Positions 1 to 9,797 of a stretch of DNA of 64,000 nt are shown one piece after another; position 1 is the stretch's first letter; the number at the start of each line of letters is the position of its first letter. A program made the translations under genes and the position numbers. The stretch is from assembly GCA_963836075.1 (NCBI GenBank), contig CAWIIB010000001.1:384001-448000 (forward strand), read 5' to 3'. This DNA comes from an uncultured Acidobacteriota bacterium. GTDB lineage: Bacteria > Acidobacteriota > JAQAZP01. The notes below the pieces were generated by a model. The model saw only the letters and a program-made list of their open reading frames with translations, ran no database searches and was not told the origin of the DNA.

Positions 1-899
1 ACGATCTGACCTCCGTGATCCAGCAGGCGGATAAAGGTGCTTTCCGGGTTGTCCAGCTCCAGCCGCACCCGCTGGAAGCGTGCCGGATACGGCCGGGAAC
101 CCGGGGTTGTTTCCAGGTCGAAGACCAGGTAGCGCTTGCTGACAAAATTCACCGAGCGGAAGGGATCGGAGAATATCCAGCCCACCCCGGGGTAAAAGAC
201 CTCGATCCAGCGGTGCAGCCCCTCCTCACCCAGGCTCGATTCCCTGGCCGGCAGACCGGTGGACGGGAAATCCGCAGCACTGCCGGACGCCAGGTAGCCC
301 CTGACGCTGCGGGCCGGTATCCCCGCTTCACGCAGCAGGGCCACAGCCAGTTCGGAGGTGCCCACACAGTTGGCCTTCCTCTGCCGGAGGACCTCCAGCG
401 GGTGCACCTCAACGTCCGGGCCGCCGCAGTAGTCGATGGCGCCGGAGACCCAGCAGAGCACCCGGTTCACCGCCTGGTACTGGGTGCGGCAGGAGCTGGT
501 CAGGCTGCTGGACAGCCGGGTCAGTTCCGGCCAGCCCCCGTGGGACCGGGCAAAGGCCGCAGCCTCCAGAGGCATGGAGCCGGCGGGGGGCGGGAACACG
601 GCGCGGCACTCCAGATCAGCCGGACGGCTGTGGACCAGAACCCGGCGGGACACCGGGTCCACATCCCTGATTTCCAGTGAGTAGCCGCTGTTCTCATAGG
701 GCAGGCAATACGGGGCGCCCTTTATCGAGGAGACGTCATAGAGCGCCCACTGCGCTCCCTGCACCACCACCGGAGAGGAGAGTGGAACGGCCGGATGAAC
801 CGCCGGGGTAATAAGGAACAGCAGGCCCAGGACGGTCAACCAGACCGTCCACGGACCGGCCGCGGCCGGAAGTCCTGATTCGGTTTCAGTCGCTCTCAT
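1..899 (-). CDS. Transglutaminase-like (Cys-His-Asp) secreted/membrane protein, 3' end runs off the window
   Basis: Not in the ORF track. Manual translation from ATG at 899 (overlapping the nusB stop): MRATETESGLPAAAGPWTVWLTVLGLLFLITPAV...KANCVGTSELAVALLREAGIPARSVRGY...LHRWIEVFYPGVGWIFSDP, i.e. a hydrophobic N-terminus plus the C...HxWxEV...DP transglutaminase-like motifs. Confidence 0.8.
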   Translation of the reverse strand, partial: MRATETESGLPAAAGPWTVWLTVLGLLFLITPAVHPAVPLSSPVVVQGAQWALYDVSSIKGAPYCLPYENSGYSLEIRDVDPVSRRVLVHSRPADLECRAVFPPPAGSMPLEAAAFARSHGGWPELTRLSSSLTSSCRTQYQAVNRVLCWVSGAIDYCGGPDVEVHPLEVLRQRKANCVGTSELAVALLREAGIPARSVRGYLASGSAADFPSTGLPARESSLGEEGLHRWIEVFYPGVGWIFSDPFRSVNFVSKRYLVFDLETTPGSRPYPARFQRVRLELDNPESTFIRLLDHGGQI

Positions 900-1416
900 C
901 TTCAGCGGAAGACTCCCTGGCCGAGATACCGAGGTGGTCGCGAAAAATGTGGTCCAGAATACCGTTGACGAAGCGTCCCGATTCCACGGTGCCATACCGC
1001 TTGGCCAGTTCCACGGCTTCGTCGATCACCACTGCCGGGGGCGTGGGATCGGTATAGAACTGCGATTCAAACACGGCCAGCCGGAGGATATTGCGGTCCA
1101 CGGCCGACATGCGGTCCAGGCGCCAGTTGTCGGCGCTGGCCGTGATCAACCGGTCCACCTCCACCAGATGGAACAGCGTGCCGCGCACCAACTCTTCGGC
1201 AAAGGCTCGCACGTCTTCCCGCGGCTTGTCGGGAAGCACGTTTTCCGGGCTCATCCCCGGCGTGGCAGCCAGCAGACCGCTCCCCTCCTCGTGCCGCCGC
1301 TGGAACATGGACCAGAAGTCGTCAAAGGCATGGTCGGCGTCGCCGGGCTCGTTCACTTCGCTGTGAAACAGAGCCTGCAGCGCGAACTCACGAGCCAGTC
1401 TTCGCTCAGTCTTCAT
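886..1416 (-). CDS. nusB: Transcription antitermination factor NusB
   Basis: RRLAREFALQALF, WRLDRMSAVDRNILRLAVFE, VIDEAVELAKRYG, FVNGILD; follows ribH as usual. Confidence 0.95.
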   Translation of the reverse strand: MKTERRLAREFALQALFHSEVNEPGDADHAFDDFWSMFQRRHEEGSGLLAATPGMSPENVLPDKPREDVRAFAEELVRGTLFHLVEVDRLITASADNWRLDRMSAVDRNILRLAVFESQFYTDPTPPAVVIDEAVELAKRYGTVESGRFVNGILDHIFRDHLGISARESSAEDESD

Positions 1417-1473
1417 CTGGCGGCCTGTGCGGAATACGGAGTGATTGACATGCGCGGCCTACCCCGGGCCGGG

Positions 1474-1953
1474 TCACTTGGCGGCGTCCGCCTCACGAAG
1501 CAGGTTCGCCATTTCTATGGCGGCCAGGGCCGCATCAAAACCCTTGTTCCCCGACTTCGAGCCCGCTCGCTCGATGGCCTGTTCCAGCGTATCGGTGGTG
1601 ATCACCCCGTAGGAGATGGGCAGGCCCGAGTCGAACATCGCCTGGGCGATCCCCTTGGTCATTTCCGCCGATATGTATTCGAAATGCGGAGTCGCTCCGC
1701 GGATCACGGCCCCGACACAGATGACCGCGTCGTAGGCCCCCCGGGCGGCCAGGTGCTTGGCCATCAACGGCACCTCGAAGGAGCCGGGCACGCGGAAAGC
1801 CTTGATATCCTTGTCCAGGGCGCCGTTCCGCTTCAGGCCGTCGAAGACCCCGGCGAGGAGGCGGTCGCTGATAAAGCTGTTGAACCGGCTCACCACCACC
1901 GCGAACCGCAGCCCCTTGGCGTTCAGCCCCCCTTCGATTACGTTAATTGGCAT
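1474..1953 (-). CDS. ribH: 6,7-dimethyl-8-ribityllumazine synthase
   Basis: [43 protein letters not shown]; ATG 1953 preceded by GGAGGAGG. Confidence 0.96.
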   Translation of the reverse strand: MPINVIEGGLNAKGLRFAVVVSRFNSFISDRLLAGVFDGLKRNGALDKDIKAFRVPGSFEVPLMAKHLAARGAYDAVICVGAVIRGATPHFEYISAEMTKGIAQAMFDSGLPISYGVITTDTLEQAIERAGSKSGNKGFDAALAAIEMANLLREADAAK

Positions 1954-2001
1954 CGTTTCCTCCTCCATGCCGGCCGGAAAACGGGCCGGATCGCTTGCGG
2001 T

Positions 2002-2904
2002 TCAGATTCTCGTGGCCGAGAGATAGGCCTCGAATCGCTGGTCGATTTCTGCGGGCTCCAGCCTCTTCAGCCGGTCGAGACTGAAGTCCTCAACGGTGAA
2101 GGAGGCCATCACCGTGCCGTAGGCCACCGCCCGCCGAATGGCGGATTCATCAGCGTGACCGTCGCGGTCGAGACAGCCCACAAAGCCTCCGGCAAAGGTG
2201 TCCCCGGCACCGGTGGGGTCGATCACCGTCTCCAGCGGAAAGGCCGGTGCGCCGAAGAAGCCGTCAGGGCCGCAGACCAGCACACCGAACTCACCCCGCT
2301 TGACCACCACCCGCCGCGGTCCCATGGATTCGCGGATCACCCGGGCGGCCCGTACCGTGTTCGACTCCCCGGCCAGGCTCCGGGCCTCGGCCTCGTTGAG
2401 CAGCAGGATGTCGATCCGCGGGAGCAGTTCCAGCAGCGCGTCCCGCTTGCTGTCGATCCAGAAATTCATGGTGTCCAGGGCGGTGAGCGCCGGCCGCTCC
2501 ATCTGGTCCAGCACCTGCAGTTGCAGGACCGGGTCGATGTTGGCCAGAAAGAGGGTGGAGATGGAGCGGTAGGTGTCGGGCAGCCGCGGGGTGAACGTTT
2601 CAAAAACGTTGAGCCGGGTGTCCAGCGTCTCGGCCTCGTTCATGTCCCCCTGGTAGCGGCCGCTCCAGTGAAAGGTTTCCCCTTCCACTGTCTGCAGCCC
2701 CTCCAGGTCCACCCCCCGGCCCTCGAGGAACCGGCGGTCCTGCTCCGCGAAATCGTTTCCCACCACGGCCACCAGGCTGACCGGGGAGAAATGGCTGGCA
2801 CAGGTGGAAAAGTAGGTGGCCGACCCGCCGAGAACACGTTCCCGGAGGCCGAAGGGTGTTTCCACGGAATCGTAGGCGACGGAACCGACAACAAGGATGC
2901 TCAC
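2002..2904 (-). CDS. PfkB/ribokinase-family carbohydrate or nucleoside kinase
   Basis: N-terminal VVGSVAYD...LGGSA, NEAEA and the C-terminal PfkB signature DPTGAGDTFAGG. Confidence 0.9.
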   Translation of the reverse strand: MSILVVGSVAYDSVETPFGLRERVLGGSATYFSTCASHFSPVSLVAVVGNDFAEQDRRFLEGRGVDLEGLQTVEGETFHWSGRYQGDMNEAETLDTRLNVFETFTPRLPDTYRSISTLFLANIDPVLQLQVLDQMERPALTALDTMNFWIDSKRDALLELLPRIDILLLNEAEARSLAGESNTVRAARVIRESMGPRRVVVKRGEFGVLVCGPDGFFGAPAFPLETVIDPTGAGDTFAGGFVGCLDRDGHADESAIRRAVAYGTVMASFTVEDFSLDRLKRLEPAEIDQRFEAYLSATRI

Positions 2905-2918
2905 AGCTCACTCCATTT

Positions 2919-3782
2919 TCAGTTCAGATAGCGGCCGATAATCGGGGCCAGACGTTCCCGTGCCTCGGCGGAGACCTCCCCGGGACTGGTGATGATGGCG
3001 TTGGCCAGGGCCTGGCCGCAGCCACAGGTAAACTCCGCTGGCAGCTCGGCCACCATGGCGGCAATCAGGTTGCGGGCGAATTCCGCGTTCTGCTTCAGGT
3101 AGCCGATCAGCGTTTCCACGGACACCGGCTCCTCCTCCACCCGCCAGCAGTCGTAATCGGTGACCATGGCCACCGTGACGTAACAGATTTCAGCCTCCCG
3201 GGCCAGCCGGGCCTCGGTGGAGTTGGTCATCCCGATCACATCCAGGCCCCAGCTGCGGTAGAGCAGCGATTCCGCCCTGGTTGAAAAATGGGGCCCCTCC
3301 ATGTTGAGATAGGTCCCCCCCAGGACGACCTTGCGGTCCAGCCCGCTGCTGCAGCGGTGGGCCAGCTGTTGCATCTGGGGGCAGACGGGGTCGGCCATTG
3401 AGACGTGGGCCACGATACCGTCACCAAAAAAGGTGCACACCCTCCGGGTGGTACGGTCGATGAACTGATCGGGCAGCACGATGGTTACCGGCGGCAGTTC
3501 TTCCCTGAGGCTGCCCACCGCCGAGGCGGAGATGATCCGTCGGACCCCCAGCTGTTTGAAGCCGAAGATGTTGGCCCGGTAGTTCAGCTCGGAAGGCATC
3601 AGCCGGTGACCACGGCCGTGACGGGAGAGAAATGCCACCCGCGTGCCGGAGAGGCGGCCCACGAAGTAGCTGTCCGAGGGGTCGCCATAGGGGGTGGAGA
3701 GCCGTATTTCCTCAACCTCTTCCAGCCCATCCATACCGTAGAGCCCGCTGCCGCCGATGACGCCCACACTGGCTTTTTCCAT
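2919..3782 (-). CDS. mtnP: S-methyl-5'-thioadenosine phosphorylase
   Basis: GVIGGSGLY, RHGRGH, NYRANI, EGPHFSTRAES, IGMT, TDYDCW; ATG 3782 after GGAGGTG. Confidence 0.92.
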   Translation of the reverse strand: MEKASVGVIGGSGLYGMDGLEEVEEIRLSTPYGDPSDSYFVGRLSGTRVAFLSRHGRGHRLMPSELNYRANIFGFKQLGVRRIISASAVGSLREELPPVTIVLPDQFIDRTTRRVCTFFGDGIVAHVSMADPVCPQMQQLAHRCSSGLDRKVVLGGTYLNMEGPHFSTRAESLLYRSWGLDVIGMTNSTEARLAREAEICYVTVAMVTDYDCWRVEEEPVSVETLIGYLKQNAEFARNLIAAMVAELPAEFTCGCGQALANAIITSPGEVSAEARERLAPIIGRYLN

Positions 3783-3869
3783 CGAATTCACCTCCGTCCA
3801 ATGGTCTTGATCATAGCACTCATGTTATACTTTTTCCACTGACTTAGACACTCTCACGGGGGATGTAAC

Positions 3870-5081
3870 ATGACCACGGTGGCACTGAGCCATGACCAGG
3901 GTCTGGCCGCCCTGCCCTTTGACCTTGACGACTCGCAGGTGATCAGCCGGTTCACCGCAGCGGTGCGGAAATCGCTGGACCTGCTGAAGTGGGGGCCGCA
4001 GTGCCGCGGCCGCACCGTGCTGATCAAGCCGAACCTGGTCCGGACTTTTGAAGGCAAACCGGGCAACACCACCGACCCCCGGGTGCTGCTGGGGCTGGTG
4101 CTGGTGCTCCGTGACCACGGGCCGTCAAAGATCATGATCGGCGAAAACCCCGGCTGCGGCGTCTCTTCGGCCTCGGGGTTCCACGACTCGGGATGCAACC
4201 GGATCGCCGAGATCAGCGGCGTAGAGCTGGTTCCCTTTGACAGCGTGCCCTGCCGCAGAGTGGAGATCCCCGGCGGCCTGCTGCTCGGCCGGGCCGCCAT
4301 TCCCGAGCCCTGGCTGGACGCCGACATCGTGATCAACCTGCCCAAGATGAAGACTCACCTCCACGCCGGTGTCTCCCTGGGGATCAAGAACCTCCACGGC
4401 ATCCTGGTGGACGAGGACCGCTACTTCTTCCACCGGGTGGACGTGCACCAGAAGATGGTGGACCTGCTGAAGATCAGGACCCCGGACCTCACCCTGGTGG
4501 ACGCTGTGCTGGCCATGGAAGGCCAGTCGCCCTTTTTCGGCCGGGAGCGGGAGATGGACCTGCTGGCCGCCGGCACCGACCCGGTGGCGGTGGACGCGGT
4601 CTGCTGCAGCGCCATGGGCTTCGATCCCGATGAAATCAATATCATCCGCCTGGCCGGCAACCAGGGTCTGGGTCAGATGGACCTCCAGCGCATCGAGGTG
4701 CGGGGCCCGCGGCTGGAAGAGGTCAGCGCCCGCTTCCGCCGCGGGGTGATCAGCTCCGCCGGGGCCTACCCCGGGGTGACGGTGCTGGAGCTGGGGGCCT
4801 GCGACGGCTGCCTGTCCAGTGTCCGTCATTCCCTGGACCGCTTGCACTACGAGGGGAAGATCGAGGAACTTGCCCCGTTCACCGTGGTCACCGGCATGCC
4901 GTGCCGCAAACTCCCGGCCGCACTGGAGCAGGCTGGCGACAAGAGCGATATCTGGTTCATGGGCGACTGCACCGCCAGTATGATCTACCGGCAGTCCACC
5001 CGCACCGCCCGCGGCTGCTTCGTGCCGGGCTGCCCGCCGCACTCCTTCGACCTCTACAAGCGGATCACCGGCCACAGCTGA
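3870..5081 (+). CDS. DUF362-domain protein with C-terminal Cys-rich (putative Fe-S) module
   Basis: VLIKPNLV, TTDP, INLPKMKTH, SLGIKNLHG, DPVAVDAV; C-terminal GACDGC...GDC...PGCPP. Confidence 0.8.
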   Translation: MTTVALSHDQGLAALPFDLDDSQVISRFTAAVRKSLDLLKWGPQCRGRTVLIKPNLVRTFEGKPGNTTDPRVLLGLVLVLRDHGPSKIMIGENPGCGVSSASGFHDSGCNRIAEISGVELVPFDSVPCRRVEIPGGLLLGRAAIPEPWLDADIVINLPKMKTHLHAGVSLGIKNLHGILVDEDRYFFHRVDVHQKMVDLLKIRTPDLTLVDAVLAMEGQSPFFGREREMDLLAAGTDPVAVDAVCCSAMGFDPDEINIIRLAGNQGLGQMDLQRIEVRGPRLEEVSARFRRGVISSAGAYPGVTVLELGACDGCLSSVRHSLDRLHYEGKIEELAPFTVVTGMPCRKLPAALEQAGDKSDIWFMGDCTASMIYRQSTRTARGCFVPGCPPHSFDLYKRITGHS

Positions 5082-6181
5082 TGAACATCCTGCTGGTGGA
5101 ACCCTTTTTCGAAGGCTCCCACGCGGCCTGGGCCGAAGGCTACCAGCGTCACAGCCGCCACCAGGTGGACCTGCTGACCCTCACCGGCCGCTTCTGGAAG
5201 TGGCGGATGCACGGCGGCGCCGTGACCCTGGCCCAGCGGTTTCTCGAATCGGCCCTCAGCCCCGACCTGATCCTGGCCAGTGACATGTGCGACCTGTCAG
5301 CCTTTCTGGCCCTGACCAGGAAACGGACTGCCGGGATTCCCGCCGCCGTCTATTTTCACGAGAACCAGCTGAGCTACCCCTGGTCACCGGAGGACAGGGA
5401 CCCGGCAGCGGGACGTGACCTGCACTACGGCTTCATCAACTACTCCAGCGCCCTGGCCGCCGACCGTCTCTGCTTCAACTCCGGATACCACATGGAGAGC
5501 TTCCTGGGAGAACTGCCCGGATTTCTCGCCGGTTTCCCCGACCACCGGGACCGTCACCGGGTGGATGAACTGCGGGAGAAGAGCCGGGTGCTGCACCTGG
5601 GTCTCGATCTTGCCGCGCTTGATCAGCACCGGCCTCAAGAGCCCATCGCCGAAATACCCCCGCTGGTACTCTGGAACCACCGCTGGGAGTATGACAAGAA
5701 CCCGGACGAGTTCTTTGCCGCGCTGGATAAGGTCTCCCAGCGGGGCCTCGACTTCCGCGTGGCCGTGCTGGGCCGCGGGTACGGCGAGGCACCGCCGGTT
5801 TTCGCCAGAGCCCGCAAGACTCTCGGCCACCGGCTGGTTCACTTCGGCCACGTCCGGACGAGAGAGGAATACGCCCGCTGGCTCTGGCGCGCCGACCTGC
5901 TGCCGGTCACCTCGAACCAGGATTTCTTCGGCGCCAGCGTGGTGGAGGCGATCCACTGCGGTGCCCGGCCCCTGCTGCCCCGCCGTCTGGCCTACCCGGA
6001 GCTACTTCCCGGTGATGAATGGATGTACGAGAATTTCGCCGAACTGGTGGAACGGCTGTCCCGGGCGCTCACCGAGCCCGCCCCACGCGGTCGGATCGAC
6101 AGGTTGTCAGGTGCCATGGCAAAGTTCGACTGGACGCAGCTGGCCCCGTTCTACGACCGGTCTCTGGCCGCGATGACCTGA
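5081..6181 (+). CDS. GT-B glycosyltransferase of the DUF3524/GTDC1 (QTMAN-like) family
   Basis: ATG overlaps the upstream TGA. MNILLVEPFFEGSH, WKWRMHG, YFHENQLSYP, RDLHYGFINY, LWNHRWEYDKNP, DFFGASVVEA. Confidence 0.85.
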   Translation: MNILLVEPFFEGSHAAWAEGYQRHSRHQVDLLTLTGRFWKWRMHGGAVTLAQRFLESALSPDLILASDMCDLSAFLALTRKRTAGIPAAVYFHENQLSYPWSPEDRDPAAGRDLHYGFINYSSALAADRLCFNSGYHMESFLGELPGFLAGFPDHRDRHRVDELREKSRVLHLGLDLAALDQHRPQEPIAEIPPLVLWNHRWEYDKNPDEFFAALDKVSQRGLDFRVAVLGRGYGEAPPVFARARKTLGHRLVHFGHVRTREEYARWLWRADLLPVTSNQDFFGASVVEAIHCGARPLLPRRLAYPELLPGDEWMYENFAELVERLSRALTEPAPRGRIDRLSGAMAKFDWTQLAPFYDRSLAAMT

Positions 6182-6224
6182 AGATCAGTTGAGGACGATC
6201 ACCGGACCAGTGGGCCCATGACTG

Positions 6225-6253
6225 TTGCACGTGACCCGCCACGGCCATACAAT
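6225..6253 (+). promoter_or_regulatory. Putative sigma70 promoter of icmF
   Basis: TTGCAC-17 nt-TACAAT, about 40 nt upstream of ATG 6294. Confidence 0.6.
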
Positions 6254-6293
6254 AAGGCGTTTTCGTCATCAAACTGCCAGTGGAGTAAACCTC

Positions 6294-9200
6294 ATGTCAG
6301 CAGATCATATCAAGGAACCGTACCGCCCGGCCAACAAGATACGCTTCGTCACCGCCGCGTCGCTCTTTGACGGGCACGATGCCAGTATCAACATCATCCG
6401 CCGCATGCTGCAGGCCGGGGGCGCCGAGGTGATTCACCTGGGCCACAACCGCTCGGTGGCCGAGATCGTCGACGCCGCGGTGCAGGAGGACGTGCAGGGC
6501 ATCGCCGTCAGCTCCTACCAGGGCGGGCACCTGGAATTCTTCAAATACATGATCGACCTGCTCAAGGAACGGAGCTCGTCGCACATCCTGGTCTTCGGCG
6601 GCGGCGGCGGGGTGATCATCCCCGAGGAAATCGAGGAGCTGGAGTCCTACGGCGTGGCCCGGATCTTTTCACCGGACGACGGCCGGTCCCTGGGACTGCA
6701 GGGGATGATCAACCAGATGCTGGAGGCCTGTGACTTCCCCGTGGCCACCGAACCGGCCAAGTGGTTCGACAACGCCCTGGAACGGGATCCCCAGGCCGTG
6801 GCCCGGCTGCTCACCTGCCTCGAGGATTCCGAAGACCCCGACCGCCAGCTCTTCGGCGAGACGGTGCGGTCCTGGATCGAGGAGCAGCGCCCCGGCGTGG
6901 TTCCCGTGGTGGGCGTCACCGGCACCGGCGGCTCGGGCAAGAGCTCACTCACCGATGAGCTGGTTCGCCGCTTTCTCGCCGATTTCCCCAGGACCAGCGT
7001 GGCAATCCTTTCCGTCGACCCCTCCAAAAAGAGAACCGGCGGCGCGCTGCTGGGCGACCGCATCCGGATGAACTCGGTGAGCACATCAATGCCGCTGGGC
7101 AACCCCCGGCTCTACATGCGCAGCCTGGCCACCCGCACGGCAAACAGCTCCATCAGCCACTCGCTGGCCGATGCGGTGAAGGTGGTGCAGGCGGCGGGTT
7201 TCGACCTGGTGATCCTGGAAACCGCCGGCATCGGCCAGTCCGACGCCGAAGTTGTGGACCTGGTGGACGTGGCGGTCTACGTCATGACTTCGGAATACGG
7301 CGCCTCCACCCAGCTGGAAAAGATCCAGATGCTGGACTACGCCGACCTGGTGGTGCTGAACAAGTTCGAGAAGCGGGGATCCCAGGATGCGTTGCGCGAC
7401 ATCCGCAAGCAGTACCGCCGCAACCATTTGCTCTGGGAGACCCCGGACGGGCAGCTGCCGGTCTACCCCACCATCGCCAGCCAGTTCAATGACCCAGGGA
7501 CCAACCGCTTCTATTCCCACCTGGTGTCCGCCGTGGCGGAAAAGACCGGCGTCGACTGGTCCACCGCGCCGGTGGAGGACGAGACCGACCCGCAGAAAGT
7601 GACCATCATCCCCCCCGACCGCCAGCCCTACCTGTCGGAGATCACCGAAAACAGCCGTGAGCAGCGGCGCTGGATCGAGGAGCAGGCGGACATTGCCCGG
7701 CGCCTTTACCAGCTGGACGGGACGCGGCGCGTCCTGGCGGCCCACGAGGGGGAGAAGCAGCTGAAGATCTCCAGCGAAGACGGCCGGGGCAGTGTGGAGA
7801 TCCGCCGCCGCAAGGTCTCCCCCGACGTCCTCCAGGCCATTGAGGAGGAGATCGCCGAGCTGGAGAAACTGCTGGCTCCCCAGTGCCGGGAGACTGCTGG
7901 ACAACTGGCCCAAAGCCGTGGAGGCCTACCGCCAGGAGAAGATGGTGACCAGGGTCAGGGACAGGGAGATTGTCACCGAACTTTTCAGCACCTCGCTCTC
8001 CGGGCTGAAAATTCCCAAGGTGGCCCTGCCCCGCTACCGGGACTGGGGTGATATCCTCTCCTGGATCCTCACTGAAAACGTGCCCGGGGCCTATCCCTTC
8101 ACCGCCGGGGCCTTCCCCTTCCGCCGGGTGGGTGAGACCCCCACCCGGATGTTCGCCGGCGAGGGGACACCGGAACGGACCAACCACCGCTTCCACTACC
8201 TGGCCAGCGGCCAGCCGGCCACCCGGCTCTCCACCGCCTTCGATTCGGTGACCCTCTATGGCGAGGACCCGGACGAACAGCCCGATATTTACGGCAAGGT
8301 CGGCAACTCGGGCGTCTCCATCTGCACCCTGGACGACGCGAAGAAACTCTACTGCGGTTTCGACCTCTGCGCCCCCAACACGTCGGTGTCCATGACCATC
8401 AACGGCCCGGCGCCGATGATCCTGGCCATGTTCTTCAACACCGCCATCGACCAGCAGGTGGAACTGCACCTGCGCCGCACCGGCGGGTGGGAAGAGGCCG
8501 AAAAGAGCATCGAAAAGGAGTTCGCCGCGCTGGACCTCCCCCGCCCGGTCTACCGGGGCCAGGACCGGCCCGACGGCGACCGCGCCCTCGGCCTGGGCAC
8601 CCTGGGCATCAGTGGTGACCAACTGCTGGACCCCGAGACTTACAACCGGATCCGGGAAGCGACCCTCAAGGTGGTGCGGGGCACCGTACAGGCCGATATC
8701 CTCAAGGAAGACCAGGCCCAGAACACGTGCATTTTCTCCACCGAGTTCGCCCTGCGGATGATGGGCGACATCCAGCAATATTTCATCGACCAGGCGGTAC
8801 GCAACTACTACTCGGTCTCCATCAGCGGCTACCACATCGCCGAGGCCGGCGCCAACCCGATCTCCCAGCTGGCCTTCACCCTGTCCAACGGCTTCACCTA
8901 CGTGGAGTATTACCTCAGCCGGGGGATGGAGATCGACCAGTTCGCCCACAACCTCTCCTTCTTCTTCTCCAACGGCATCGATCCGGAATACTCGGTGATC
9001 GGCCGGGTGGCCCGGCGGATCTGGTCCACGGCGATGAAACACAAATACGGCGCCGGCGAACGGAGCCAGAAACTGAAGTACCACATCCAGACCTCGGGGC
9101 GCAGCCTGCACGCCCAGGAGATCGATTTCAACGACATCCGCACCACCCTCCAGGCGCTCTACGCCCACTACGACAACTGCAATTCGCTGCACACCAACTC

Positions 9201-9783
9201 CTACGACGAGGCGATCACCACCCCCACCGAGGAATCGGTGCGCCGGGCAGTGGCAATCCAGATGATCATCGACCAGGAGCTGGGTCTGGCCCGCAACCAG
9301 AACCCGATCCAGGGGGCCTTCATCATCGAGGAGTTGACCGACCTGGTGGAGCAGGCGGTGCTTGAGGAGTTCGACCGGATCAGCCGCCGCGGCGGAGTGC
9401 TGGGCGCCATGGAAACTCAGTACCAGCGGGGCAAGATCCAGGAAGAATCCATGTATTACGAGCACCTGAAACACTCCGGCGAACTGCCGATCATGGGTGT
9501 CAACACCTTCCTTCGTCCGGCGCACCTCGGCAAGGGCGAAACCCAACCCACCGAGCTGATCCGCTCCACCGCCGCGGAAAAGGAGCAGCAGCTGGACAAT
9601 GTGACGGCGTTCCGCAAACGCAATGCCGGCCACAGCGAGGGCGCCCTGGCCCGTCTGTGCGACACGGCACGGCAGAAGGGCAACATCTTCGCCGAGCTGA
9701 TGGAAACCACCAAGTACTGCTCGCTGGGTCAGATCTCCCACACCCTGTTCGGCGTGGGCGGCCGTTACCGGCGAAATATGTAA
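6294..9783 (+). pseudogene. icmF: Fused isobutyryl-CoA/acyl-CoA mutase-MeaI GTPase (IcmF) with a +1 frameshift near 7878-7890; may be an intact gene with a sequencing error
   Basis: ORF1 has the B12-binding DGHDASIN, GTPase GTGGSGKSS and ILETAGIGQ. ORF2 has [37 protein letters not shown]. Deleting one G in CCGGG (7886-7890) gives the continuous ...LAPQCRRLLDNWP.... Confidence 0.85.
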
Positions 9784-9797
9784 CCCCGGGAGCAGCG

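Noticed and set aside
934-2931. Long opposite-strand or alternate-frame ORFs (e.g. 934..2931+, 7642..9741-, 48805..50532+, 54180..56501+, 60342..61727-)
   Set aside because: Shadow ORFs typical of high-GC DNA; they lie antisense to well-supported genes and contain no recognisable motifs.
6182-6293. Cobalamin riboswitch upstream of icmF
   Set aside because: The gap is only ~110 bp with the promoter ~40 nt from the start codon, and no B12-box is visible.
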